Below are positions 36,201 to 45,013 of a stretch of 64,000 bases of DNA, piece after piece. The DNA comes from Candidatus Effluviviaceae Genus V sp. Its GTDB lineage: Bacteria; Joyebacterota; Joyebacteria; Joyebacterales; Joyebacteraceae. The DNA is taken from the NCBI GenBank assembly GCA_014728125.1, contig WJMD01000097.1, positions 2,833 through 66,832 on the forward strand, in the 5' to 3' direction. Position numbers and translations under genes: made by a program. Positions within the stretch are counted from its first letter, which is position 1. The number at the start of each line of letters is the position of its first letter. The notes beneath the pieces are model-generated. The model saw only the letters and a list, made by a program, of their open reading frames with translations. It did not search any database and was not told where the DNA came from.

Positions 36201-37337
36201 TTGCGCATCGCCTTTCTGACGACCGGAGATCCCAGACGGAGGGATTTCTGGTCCGGCACACCGTACTCGATGCTGCACTCGCTGCGCCGCCGGTGCGGCG
36301 AGGTTGTGCCGCTCGGCCCTCTCCGATCGGTGACGCGTGAGGTCGTACGCGCGTGCGTGGGGGCGAGAAACCGGCTGACGAGGGGCCGTTTCGACCACAC
36401 GCACTCGCGCGTCGTCGCGCGGGCTTACGCGAGAGCGGCCGGGCGCCGGCTCAGTGAGGGACGATACGACATCATCGTGGCCCCGGCGGCGAGCGAGGCC
36501 GTCGCCTACCTCGAGACGGACCTGCCGATCGTCTACCTCTCCGACGCGACATTCCGGCTGATGGTGGACTACTACCCGGCGTTCTCCTCTCTCACCAGGG
36601 CCTCACTCTCCCAAGGTGAGGAGATCGAACGACGCGCCATCGAACGATCGTGCGCTGTCGTCCATCCGACGCGGTGGAGCGCTCGGTCGGTCGTCGAGGA
36701 CTACGGCGCCGACCCGTCACGCGTGCACGTGATCCCCTACGGTCCGAACCTCGACGCGATTCCCGATGCGGCGGTCGCCCGGCGTCATTCGACCGACGTC
36801 TGCAGGTTGCTCTTCATCGGCGTCGACTGGGTCCGCAAGGGCGGGGACATAGCGCTGGGGACCCTTCGCGCGCTCAGGGAGCGTGGCATACCGGCCGAAC
36901 TCGTCATCGTCGGTTGTGCGCCACCCGACGACCCCGACGTTCCCGGCGTGCGTCTCATGGGCAGACTCGACAAGTCCTCGACCAGGGACGTCCGGGTGCT
37001 CGACGAGCTGTTCGCATCGTCCACCTTCCTCCTGCTTCCGACGCGGGCGGAGTGTTCCGGAATCGTCTTCGCCGAGGCCTCGGCCTACGGGCTCCCGTCG
37101 ATCGCCAACAGAACGGGTGGCGTGCCCGATGTCGTACTGGATGGCAGAAACGGATTCCTGCTCGATCCCGACGCCGGTCCGCGCGAGTACGCCTCGCTGA
37201 TTGGTTCGGTCTGCGGGGACGCGCAGGAGTATCAGGATCTCTGCAGAAGAGCCCGGGGAGAGTACGAGACCCGCCTGAACTGGGATGCCTGGGCGCGTCG
37301 CACGGTCGCCGTCCTCGAATCGTGCCTGGGCTCCTGA
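36201..37337 (+). CDS. glycosyltransferase family 4
   Basis: TTG 36201 has GGAGG 7 nt upstream. The start is LRIAFLTTGDP. The GT-B C-terminal domain is present (RLLFIGVDWVRKGGDIAL...ECSGIVFAEASAYGLPSIANRTGGVPDVV). Confidence 0.75.
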   Translation: MRIAFLTTGDPRRRDFWSGTPYSMLHSLRRRCGEVVPLGPLRSVTREVVRACVGARNRLTRGRFDHTHSRVVARAYARAAGRRLSEGRYDIIVAPAASEAVAYLETDLPIVYLSDATFRLMVDYYPAFSSLTRASLSQGEEIERRAIERSCAVVHPTRWSARSVVEDYGADPSRVHVIPYGPNLDAIPDAAVARRHSTDVCRLLFIGVDWVRKGGDIALGTLRALRERGIPAELVIVGCAPPDDPDVPGVRLMGRLDKSSTRDVRVLDELFASSTFLLLPTRAECSGIVFAEASAYGLPSIANRTGGVPDVVLDGRNGFLLDPDAGPREYASLIGSVCGDAQEYQDLCRRARGEYETRLNWDAWARRTVAVLESCLGS

Positions 37338-37478
37338 CGCGTGGCGGGTTTCTTGACTGCCGTCGCGGCCGTGCTAGACTGACGTCGTAGGGAGTTTCAG
37401 GGTCGCCTGAATGGGGGCAAGGTGGCAAACCGTACGCGAGGAAGCTGGCGGGATCCCGACGCGATCGGCGCGCCGAGA

Positions 37479-38705
37479 ATGCGCGCCTACGTCTTCGTCG
37501 CCGTCTCCGTGCTCGCGATCGCCATCTTCCTCTATACGAACAGCCTCATCAGGCGGCTCGAGGTTCAGGCGGCCACCCTCTCCCGGTCGATCGCCGGGCT
37601 CTGCGCCACGGCGACCTATGCTGCGAGGGAGAACGAGGAACTCCGTGTGATCTTCACGGAGCTCATCGAGACGATCAACTTCCCGATCGTCATCACCGAC
37701 GTCAGAGGAGTCCCGATCACGTGGAAGGGGCTCCCGATGGAGATCGACCCGTACGACGTCACGCACGAGGACTACCTCAACGCCGATCCCCAGGCCGGTG
37801 ACGAGACACCGCTGGGCGAGATCATGGCGTTCACGAGAGAGCTCGACCGCAAGCAGTCCCCGATTCCGATGACGCATCTCGGCGACGACACGGTGCTCGG
37901 CTACATTCACTACGGCGAGTCGAGCATGATCCGCGAGATGCGGTACGTCCCGCTCCTGGAGCTTCTGGCCTTCGGGATCCTCGTTGCGCTGGGTTTCCTG
38001 GGGTTCCGGAACGCGAAGCTCGCGGAGCTCAGGTCGATCTGGGTCGGCATGGCCAAGGAGACCGCACACCAGCTGGGCACGCCGATCTCCTCTCTGATGG
38101 GGTGGGTCGAGCTTCTCAGAAGCAGCGCTGACGAGGACTGCGTGGCCTGCAGCCGGATGAGCGGCATGGCCGACGAGATGCAGCGCGACCTGGAGCGGCT
38201 CGAAAAGATATCGCTCAGGTTCAACCAGATCGGCTCGATCCCGAAGACGAAACGTCAGGACGTCGTCATCGTCCTCAGAGAGGCGGTCGACTATCTCAGG
38301 CGGCGGCTCCGGGCGCTCGGCAAGGACGTCGCTCTCGAGGAGCTCTATCACGAGGTTCCGCCGGTCGACGTCAACCGCGAACTGATGGAATGGGTCGTCG
38401 AGAACCTGGTCAAGAACTCGACCGAGGCCCTGCCGCCCGAGGGAGGCAGGATCGTCATCTCGACGGAGTACGATCCGAAGCAGGGCTGCGTCCGCCTGCT
38501 CTTCACCGACAACGGCAAGGGACTCTCGCAGTCTGAGCGCCGCCGGATCTTCCTGCCCGGCTACTCCACCAAACGGCGGGGATGGGGCCTCGGACTGGCC
38601 CTCGCGCGGCGCATCATCGAGGAGTATCACAAGGGTCGGCTCTACGTCGGGTGGTCCGAGCCCGGCAAGGGGACGACCTTCGTCATATCGCTTCCGGCGA
38701 CGTAG
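37479..38705 (+). CDS. sensor histidine kinase (PorY-like)
   Basis: Two TM helices are present (MRAYVFVAVSVLAIAIFLY; LLAFGILVALGFLGF). The HisKA motif is ETAHQLGTPISSLMGW, and the HATPase_c motifs are ENLVKNSTEA...TDNGKGL...GWGLGLALARRI. Confidence 0.8.
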   Translation: MRAYVFVAVSVLAIAIFLYTNSLIRRLEVQAATLSRSIAGLCATATYAARENEELRVIFTELIETINFPIVITDVRGVPITWKGLPMEIDPYDVTHEDYLNADPQAGDETPLGEIMAFTRELDRKQSPIPMTHLGDDTVLGYIHYGESSMIREMRYVPLLELLAFGILVALGFLGFRNAKLAELRSIWVGMAKETAHQLGTPISSLMGWVELLRSSADEDCVACSRMSGMADEMQRDLERLEKISLRFNQIGSIPKTKRQDVVIVLREAVDYLRRRLRALGKDVALEELYHEVPPVDVNRELMEWVVENLVKNSTEALPPEGGRIVISTEYDPKQGCVRLLFTDNGKGLSQSERRRIFLPGYSTKRRGWGLGLALARRIIEEYHKGRLYVGWSEPGKGTTFVISLPAT

Positions 38706-38759
38706 CGTGGCCGCTTCGGCGCGCACGCCGCAGAGGGGTGTGATGGGAGGGGAGGACAC

Positions 38760-40325
38760 ATGAACGGTCCCGTGAGGCGCATCCTCTGGGTCGACGACGA
38801 GATCGACCTCCTGAAGCCCCACATCATCTTCCTTGAGGGAAAGGGATACGAGGTCGGCACGGCGACGGGCGGCGAGGAAGCTGTCGAGATGATCCGTGAG
38901 AAGCCGTACGACATCGTGTTGCTGGACGAGATGATGGTCGGCATGGACGGACTGGAGACGCTCGGGCTCATCAAGGAGATCGACCCGGCACTCCACGTCG
39001 TCATGGTGACCAAGAGTGAGGAAGAGGAACTGATGAACGATGCGCTCGGGCGGCGCATCGACGACTTCCTGATCAAGCCGGTCAAGCCGACGCAGGTGCT
39101 TCTGGCGATCAAGCGCATCCTGGACGGGCGAAAGATGCGGCGCGACCAGACCGCCCAGAGCTACGCATCCGAGTTCAACGAGCTCCAGCGCCGACTGATG
39201 GAGCCGATGAACTGGGAGGAGTGGATCCAGCTCTACGTGCGTCTGGTGCACTGGGATCTCGAGCTCGACAAGAACCGCGATCCCGGACTTCAGCAGACGC
39301 ACGGAGACCTCAGACAGACCGCCAACGCGGAGTTCGGGCGCTTCGTCTCCGGGGAGTACGGGGCCTGGGTCAACGACGAGATCGACCGTCCCACGCTGTC
39401 GGTCGACATCTTCGAACGCTTCGTGGCGCCGCTTCTCAAGGCGCGAAAGAAGGTCTACTTCGTCGTTCTGGACTGCATGCGGCTCGATCACTGGCTGAGC
39501 ATCCAGAGCGACCTCGAAGGACTTTTCTCGATCACGAACAGCTACTACTACTCGATCCTGCCGACGGCCACGCCGTTCTCGAGGAACTCGCTCTTCGCGG
39601 GCCTGTGGCCGGTCGAGATCACGCAGTACGTGCCGGATCTCTGGGCGACCCCGGCGCGCGACGAGTTCAGCAAGAACCGGCATGAGCGGAGGCTCATGGA
39701 CCTGCAGATCGACCGCCACGGACTCCGCTTCTCGCCGGAGCACAAGTACGTGAAGATCTACGAGAAGGACGAGGCCGAGAACGTCAAACGGCAGATGGCC
39801 TCGTTCGTCGACCGGCGGTTCGTCTCGCTGGTCTATAACTTCGTCGACATCCTCTCGCACTCGCGTTCCGAGTCGGAGATCCTCCAGGAGATCGCGCCGG
39901 ACGAGGCGGCGTTCCGCTCCCTCGTGCGGTCATGGTTCAACCACTCGGCGCTCTACGACATCATCGCGGAGATGGCCAGGCAGGGCGCGACGGTCGTCCT
40001 GACCACCGACCACGGCGCGGTGCTCGGCAGGAGGGCAGCGCTGATCCGCGGCAACCGCGACACCTCGACCAACCTGCGCTACAAGTTCGGCAGCAACCTC
40101 GGATGCGACGAGAAGGAGACGTTCCTCATCAAGGAGCCGGCGAGGTTCAAACTCCCGGCCGACGGCGCCAGCAAGCAGTACGCGATCGCCAAGGAGGACT
40201 ACTACTTCGTCTACCCGACGGAGTTCCACCGTTACGAGCGGCAGTACAAGGGCAGCTTCCAGCACGGCGGCATCTCGCTCGAGGAGATGATCCTGCCGTG
40301 CGCCGTCATGGAGCCGAGATCGTGA
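38760..40325 (+). CDS. response regulator with receiver domain and C-terminal PglZ (alkaline-phosphatase-like) domain (PorX-like)
   Basis: The receiver domain is RILWVDDEIDLLKPHIIFLEGKGYEVGTATGGEEAVEMIREKPYDIVLLDEMMVGMDG...DFLIKP (the phospho-acceptor is likely the Asp in LLDEMM). The C-terminal 330 aa have PglZ-like metal-site residues (VVLDCMRLDHW; TTDHGAV). The total length is 521 aa. Confidence 0.8.
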   Translation: MNGPVRRILWVDDEIDLLKPHIIFLEGKGYEVGTATGGEEAVEMIREKPYDIVLLDEMMVGMDGLETLGLIKEIDPALHVVMVTKSEEEELMNDALGRRIDDFLIKPVKPTQVLLAIKRILDGRKMRRDQTAQSYASEFNELQRRLMEPMNWEEWIQLYVRLVHWDLELDKNRDPGLQQTHGDLRQTANAEFGRFVSGEYGAWVNDEIDRPTLSVDIFERFVAPLLKARKKVYFVVLDCMRLDHWLSIQSDLEGLFSITNSYYYSILPTATPFSRNSLFAGLWPVEITQYVPDLWATPARDEFSKNRHERRLMDLQIDRHGLRFSPEHKYVKIYEKDEAENVKRQMASFVDRRFVSLVYNFVDILSHSRSESEILQEIAPDEAAFRSLVRSWFNHSALYDIIAEMARQGATVVLTTDHGAVLGRRAALIRGNRDTSTNLRYKFGSNLGCDEKETFLIKEPARFKLPADGASKQYAIAKEDYYFVYPTEFHRYERQYKGSFQHGGISLEEMILPCAVMEPRS

Positions 40326-40825
40326 CCGGACCACCAGCAGAAGAGGGTGCGCTCAGGTTCAGGACGACGTCGCCGGACGAGACGCGTGAGCTGGGCCGTC
40401 GTGTGGGTCAACGCGTCGAACCGGGTGCGTTCATCGGCCTGATCGGCGACCTCGGCAGCGGGAAGACCGTCTTCGTGCAGGGACTCGCGCTCGGTCTCGA
40501 GTGCGACGAACCTGTGTCCAGCCCGACCTTCGTGATCATCAACGAGTACTCCGGCAGGCTTCCCGTCCATCACGTCGACCTCTACCGGTTGACGGACGAG
40601 GCGGCGGTCGAGTCGCTCGGTTACCGTGAGCTCTTCTGGAGCGACGGCGTGACCGTCGTCGAGTGGGCCGAGAGGGCGGGCGCGCTGGTGCCCGACGACC
40701 GACTCGACATTCGGCTCGGCCATGTTTCGGAGTCCGTTCGGTCGTTCGATGTCCGCGCGACAGGTCCGTCCTCGTCGGCGCTCCTGTCGCTGCTCGAAGC
40801 GGCGGTCGGGGGAGAAGACACATGA
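40322..40825 (+). CDS. tsaE: tRNA threonylcarbamoyladenosine biosynthesis ATPase TsaE
   Basis: The P-loop GLIGDLGSGKTVFVQGLA is present, with SPTFVIINEY and VHHVDLYRL. The GTG start overlaps the porX-like stop by 4 nt. Confidence 0.8.
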   Translation: MTGPPAEEGALRFRTTSPDETRELGRRVGQRVEPGAFIGLIGDLGSGKTVFVQGLALGLECDEPVSSPTFVIINEYSGRLPVHHVDLYRLTDEAAVESLGYRELFWSDGVTVVEWAERAGALVPDDRLDIRLGHVSESVRSFDVRATGPSSSALLSLLEAAVGGEDT

Positions 40826-41499
40826 AGGCGCTGACGATCGAAACATCGACAGAGCTCGAGTGCGTCGGCCTGGTGGTCGACAACGAGCTTGTGAGCGAGC
40901 GGAGCGTCGAGGCCGGGAGAGGACGGGACCTCGAACTGCTCGAGGTGGTGCGCGAGGTGCTCGCCGGCGCCGGCATGCGACCCGGTGATCTCGATCTCGT
41001 GGCCGTCTCGTCGGGGCCGGGGCGCTTCACGGGCCTCCGGGTCGGCATGGCCACCGCCAAGGGACTGGCGGCGCCCGGCGGACCGGACGTTGTTGCGGTC
41101 TCGACGCTGAGGGCCCTGGCTGCCTCGTCGGGCCTGGCCGGCACGGTCGCGCCGCTTCTCGACGCGCGGCGTGGCGAGGTCTACGCGGCGCTCTTCGAGG
41201 GCGGCCGGAGGCTCTCGGACGACATCGCCTGTGCGCCGGGCGAGCTGGGACGCGCGCTCCCGAAGGTGGACGGCGCGATCGCGTGCGTCGGCGGCGGCGC
41301 GCTGGCCTACCGGGACGCGGTCGCCGACGCGCTGGGAACCTCCGCGGTCATCGTCGAGGAGGCGCCCGTGAGACCCGATCCGGGCGCGCTCGCACGTCTC
41401 GCTGAGACGGCTCCGCCTACCGCTCTCGCGGACATCGAGCCGATCTATGTTCGTGGCGTGGGGGCCGTGAAGCCGGTTCCCCCGAGGGACTCCGGATGA
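40822..41499 (+). CDS. tsaB: tRNA threonylcarbamoyladenosine biosynthesis protein TsaB (YeaZ)
   Basis: MKALTIETSTELECVGLV and VAVSSGPGRFTGLRVGMATAKGLA are present. The gene has a 4-nt ATGA overlap with tsaE. Confidence 0.8.
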   Translation: MKALTIETSTELECVGLVVDNELVSERSVEAGRGRDLELLEVVREVLAGAGMRPGDLDLVAVSSGPGRFTGLRVGMATAKGLAAPGGPDVVAVSTLRALAASSGLAGTVAPLLDARRGEVYAALFEGGRRLSDDIACAPGELGRALPKVDGAIACVGGGALAYRDAVADALGTSAVIVEEAPVRPDPGALARLAETAPPTALADIEPIYVRGVGAVKPVPPRDSG

Positions 41500-41954
41500 G
41501 CGAGGTGACCGTGCGCCCGATGCGGTTCACCGACCTCGAGGCGGTCGAGGCCATCGAGCAGAAGGTCTTCTCGACGCCTTGGAGCCTGAGCTCGTTCCGG
41601 GAGGGGCTCGCCGCCGGCGCCTCGTTCTCGTGGACGGCCGAGGAACGGGGCCGAGTCGTCGGGTATCTTGTCTCCTGGGTGGTCGAGGACGAGCTTCACA
41701 TCGGCAATCTGGCCGTCGCCCCGGCACACCAGGGGCGTGGGATCGCCAGACGGATGGTCGAGCACGCACTCGGCGACGCCGCCGGGCGCGGGGTCACTTG
41801 GGCCGCTCTCGAGGTGCGCCGCTCGAACGTCAGGGCCCAGCGACTCTACGCATCGTTCGGGTTCAGCCGGGTCGGCGTTCGCCGCAGATACTACTCGGAC
41901 GATGGGGAGGACGCGATCGTCATGGGGCTCGAGGTGCGCGGGGGAGCGCGATGA
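41496..41954 (+). CDS. rimI: ribosomal-protein-alanine N-acetyltransferase (GNAT)
   Basis: The GNAT motif is IGNLAVAPAHQGRGIARRMVEHAL. The conserved tsaB-rimI linkage is present, with a 4-nt overlap. Confidence 0.8.
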   Translation: MSEVTVRPMRFTDLEAVEAIEQKVFSTPWSLSSFREGLAAGASFSWTAEERGRVVGYLVSWVVEDELHIGNLAVAPAHQGRGIARRMVEHALGDAAGRGVTWAALEVRRSNVRAQRLYASFGFSRVGVRRRYYSDDGEDAIVMGLEVRGGAR

Positions 41955-42742
41955 GCCGCTCCCGCGTTCGGGAGGCTGCGGCCGAGCTCAGGCGCTTCGG
42001 TGTCGAGGCGCCCGCGGCCGGCATCGTGCTCGGCTCCGGGCTGTCGTCGTTCGTCGACGGCCTCGCAGGTCCGATGTCGCTTCCGCTGGCGGAGCTCCCT
42101 GGCGCTCCGGTCACCAGCGTCGGCGGACACCGCGGCGCGGTCGTCCGCGGCTCGCTCGCGGGGCGCGAGGTCGTCGCTCTCGCGGGCCGCGTTCACTACT
42201 ACGAAGGGCGAGGCGTCGACGAGGTCGCGTTCGGGGTTCGGCTTCTGGCGGAGCTCGGCGTGGAGACGCTCATCCTGACGAACGCGTCAGGCGGCATCGA
42301 CACAGGCTTCTCGGTCGGCGACCTGGTGCTGATCGCGGACCAGATAGGCCTCATCTGGGGCAGAGCGGTTCCCGGCGAGACGTTCCGCGCGGCGGGCGCC
42401 TACTCGAAGCGACTGCGCGCGCTGGCCCGGGACGCCGCGTTCGACGCGGGCGTCCCGGTCAGAGACGGTGTCTACCTCGGCGTGCTGGGTCCCTCATACG
42501 AGACGCCCGCGGAGATAGCGTTCGCGAGGCGCACCGGGGCGTCCTGCATCGGCATGTCGACCGTCACGGAGGCCGCGGAGGCCCACAGGCTGGGGCTTGA
42601 GCTCCTCGGTGTGGCGCTCGTGACGAACATCCCGCTGCCGGGGCGGGCCGAGGAGACGACGCACGACGAGGTGCTCGCCTCGGGACGGACGGGGGCGAAG
42701 CGGCTCCTTTCCCTCGTATCCGGGGTGCTCGAGCGTCTATAA
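41951..42742 (+). CDS. purine nucleoside phosphorylase (PNP/MTAP family 1)
   Basis: The family motifs GIVLGSGLSSF...GHRGAVVRGSLAGREVVALAGRVHYYEG...CIGMSTVTEA are present. The gene has a 4-nt overlap with rimI. Confidence 0.8.
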   Translation: MSRSRVREAAAELRRFGVEAPAAGIVLGSGLSSFVDGLAGPMSLPLAELPGAPVTSVGGHRGAVVRGSLAGREVVALAGRVHYYEGRGVDEVAFGVRLLAELGVETLILTNASGGIDTGFSVGDLVLIADQIGLIWGRAVPGETFRAAGAYSKRLRALARDAAFDAGVPVRDGVYLGVLGPSYETPAEIAFARRTGASCIGMSTVTEAAEAHRLGLELLGVALVTNIPLPGRAEETTHDEVLASGRTGAKRLLSLVSGVLERL

Positions 42743-42806
42743 TGGATGCGCGGACGCGCCACCACCTCGAGGCGGGCGAAGCGCTCGGCGACTGGAGGAG
42801 ACCACG

Positions 42807-43706
42807 ATGGACGGCATATCCTGGCTGAGACGCCGCAAACCGGGCATCAAGGAGACCGCCAAGCGGGAGGTGCCCGACGGCCTCTGGAGGAAGTGCGACG
42901 CCTGCGGCGAGATCATCTACCACAAGGAACTCGAACGGAACCTGTGGACCTGCCCGTCGTGCGGGTACCACTTCCGGATCTCTGCGCCGCAGTACCGGGA
43001 CATCCTGGTCGACACCGGGAGCTTCGTCGAACTCCTCTCAGGCATCGAGTCGGTCGACCCCCTGGGGTTCGTCGACTCGAAGAAGTACACGGACAGGCTC
43101 GAAGCCGCCAGGCAGAAGACCGGGCAGCGCTCGGCCGTCATGACCGGCAGCGGCCGCATGGACGGTCATCTCGTGATGCTCGGGATCCTCGACTTCCGTT
43201 TTCTCGGCGGCAGCATGGGCTCAGTGATGGGTGAGAAGCTCGCCAGGCTCACCCGAATGGCTATCGAGGAGCGGGTTCCGCTCGTCACGCTGTCGAGCAC
43301 GGGCGGCGCCAGAATGCAGGAGGGGATCCTCTCTCTCATGCAGATGGCCAAGACGAGCGCCATGCTGGCACGTCTCCACGACGATGGGTTGCTGCACGTC
43401 GCCATCCAGGCGCACCCCACGACCGGGGGCGTGACGGCGAGCTTCGCGTCGCTCGGCGACGTCATCATTGCCGAGCCCGGGGCGCTCATCGGCTTCGCCG
43501 GGCCGCGCGTCATTCAGCAGACCATCAGGGCCGAGCTGCCGGAGGGGTTCCAGCGTTCCGAGTTCCTGCTGGAGCACGGGATGGTCGACATGGTCGTTCA
43601 CAGGAAGGAACTCAAGAACGCCGTCGTGAGGCTCCTCAGGTTCTTCGAGGAGGAGCGGAGCGGGACGGAGGACGCGCTTGGACAGGCAAGAAGGCAGGGC
43701 CTTTAG
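42807..43706 (+). CDS. accD: acetyl-CoA carboxylase carboxyltransferase beta subunit
   Basis: The zinc ribbon is CDACGEIIYHKELERNLWTCPSCGYHFR. The carboxyltransferase domain carries GGSMGSVMGEK...GGARMQEG. Confidence 0.9.
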   Translation: MDGISWLRRRKPGIKETAKREVPDGLWRKCDACGEIIYHKELERNLWTCPSCGYHFRISAPQYRDILVDTGSFVELLSGIESVDPLGFVDSKKYTDRLEAARQKTGQRSAVMTGSGRMDGHLVMLGILDFRFLGGSMGSVMGEKLARLTRMAIEERVPLVTLSSTGGARMQEGILSLMQMAKTSAMLARLHDDGLLHVAIQAHPTTGGVTASFASLGDVIIAEPGALIGFAGPRVIQQTIRAELPEGFQRSEFLLEHGMVDMVVHRKELKNAVVRLLRFFEEERSGTEDALGQARRQGL

Positions 43707-44994
43707 TTCGTATCGGGCGTGCCTCGACTGGCTCTTCGCCCGGCATCGCTTCGTCATGAAGCCGGGGCTTGAGCGCGTCGAGCGGCTGCTCTCATCGGTG
43801 GGTTCGCCCCATCGGAAGTTCCGCATCGTCCACGTCGGAGGCACCAACGGGAAGGGCTCCACGGCCTGCCTGATCGCATCCATCCTCACCGAGCACGGGC
43901 TCCGGACGGGACTCTACATGTCGCCGCACGTCACGAGCTTCGTTGAGCGGATGTCGATCGACGGCCGGGCCATCGCACCCGAGCGTGTCCTCGACATCGT
44001 CGAGCGTCTCAAACCGGCCGCCGACGAGATCGAGGCCACGTTCTTCGAGATAACGACCGCCGCGGCAGCCGTCTACTTTGCGGAAGAGGGGGTCGACATC
44101 GTCGTGGCGGAGGTCGGTCTCGGCGGGAGGCTCGACGCGACGAACGCCCTCGAATCGGCTCTGTCGGTCATCACGCGGGTCGCGATCGACCACGCCGACA
44201 TCCTCGGGAGCGACGTGGCGGCCATCGCCGCAGAGAAGGCCGGGATCATCCGGCAGAGCGGCTCCGTGGTCTGCGGCGCCGAGGGCGACGCCCTCGACGT
44301 GGTCCGGGGTGTCGCGGCCGCCAGGAAGGCCCGGTTCATCGATGTCCGCGACGCGTCGAAGCTCTCCGGGATCCAGGTGTCGACGAACGGCAGTTCGTTC
44401 GACTTCACGTACGGAGACCGGAGCTACGAAGAGCTCTCGATCTCGATGCTGGGAGGCTTCCAGCTGGAGAACGCGCGTGTCGCGCTCGTGGCCGCGCACG
44501 AGCTGGACCGCCTGGGGATCGTCACACTCAACGAGCCCGCGCTCAGGAGAGGGCTTCTCGAGGGAAGCTGTCTGGGCCGCATGCAGATCATCGACCGACG
44601 CCCGACCATCGTGGCCGACGTCGCGCACAACCCCGACGGCGCCCACGCACTCATGGTCTCGGTCGGCGAGGTCGTCAAGTACGAGAGGATGATCGTCGTC
44701 CTGGGCATCATGGGCGACAAGGACATCAAGGGCTTCGTTGCCGCTCTCGTCGACTACGTTGACCTCGTGATCGCGACAGCGCCGTCGGCGGACCGCGCCG
44801 CGGACGCGGAGGAGCTGGCTGAGGCCGCGCGCGAAGTGGGCATCGAGGCGAGGGCGGTTCCCTCGCCCGGCGCCGCCATCGAGCAGGCGATCTCCGAGGC
44901 CCGGGAGGGTGACCTTGTCTTGGTGACGGGTTCCCACTACACTGTTGGCGATGTCATGACGAGTCTGGGCGTCGGTCAGACGCTGGGCGCATAG
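43678..44994 (+). CDS. folC: bifunctional folylpolyglutamate synthase / dihydrofolate synthase
   Basis: The Mur-ligase-family P-loop VHVGGTNGKGST is present, with the FolC patterns GLYMSPHV and VAEVGLGGRLDATN. Confidence 0.8.
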   Translation: MDRQEGRAFSSYRACLDWLFARHRFVMKPGLERVERLLSSVGSPHRKFRIVHVGGTNGKGSTACLIASILTEHGLRTGLYMSPHVTSFVERMSIDGRAIAPERVLDIVERLKPAADEIEATFFEITTAAAAVYFAEEGVDIVVAEVGLGGRLDATNALESALSVITRVAIDHADILGSDVAAIAAEKAGIIRQSGSVVCGAEGDALDVVRGVAAARKARFIDVRDASKLSGIQVSTNGSSFDFTYGDRSYEELSISMLGGFQLENARVALVAAHELDRLGIVTLNEPALRRGLLEGSCLGRMQIIDRRPTIVADVAHNPDGAHALMVSVGEVVKYERMIVVLGIMGDKDIKGFVAALVDYVDLVIATAPSADRAADAEELAEAAREVGIEARAVPSPGAAIEQAISEAREGDLVLVTGSHYTVGDVMTSLGVGQTLGA

Positions 44995-45013
44995 GCACGG
45001 CTGGGAGGAAGCA

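Noticed and set aside
37374-39860. 828-aa minus-strand ORF spanning the histidine kinase and response regulator
   Set aside because: It is antisense to two genes with unambiguous HisKA/HATPase and receiver motifs, and its composition is antisense-like (RDEVL-rich).
41951-42742. Whether the nucleoside phosphorylase is MTAP rather than PNP
   Set aside because: Both belong to the same PNP/MTAP family 1. Substrate specificity cannot be resolved from motifs alone, so I kept the generic call.
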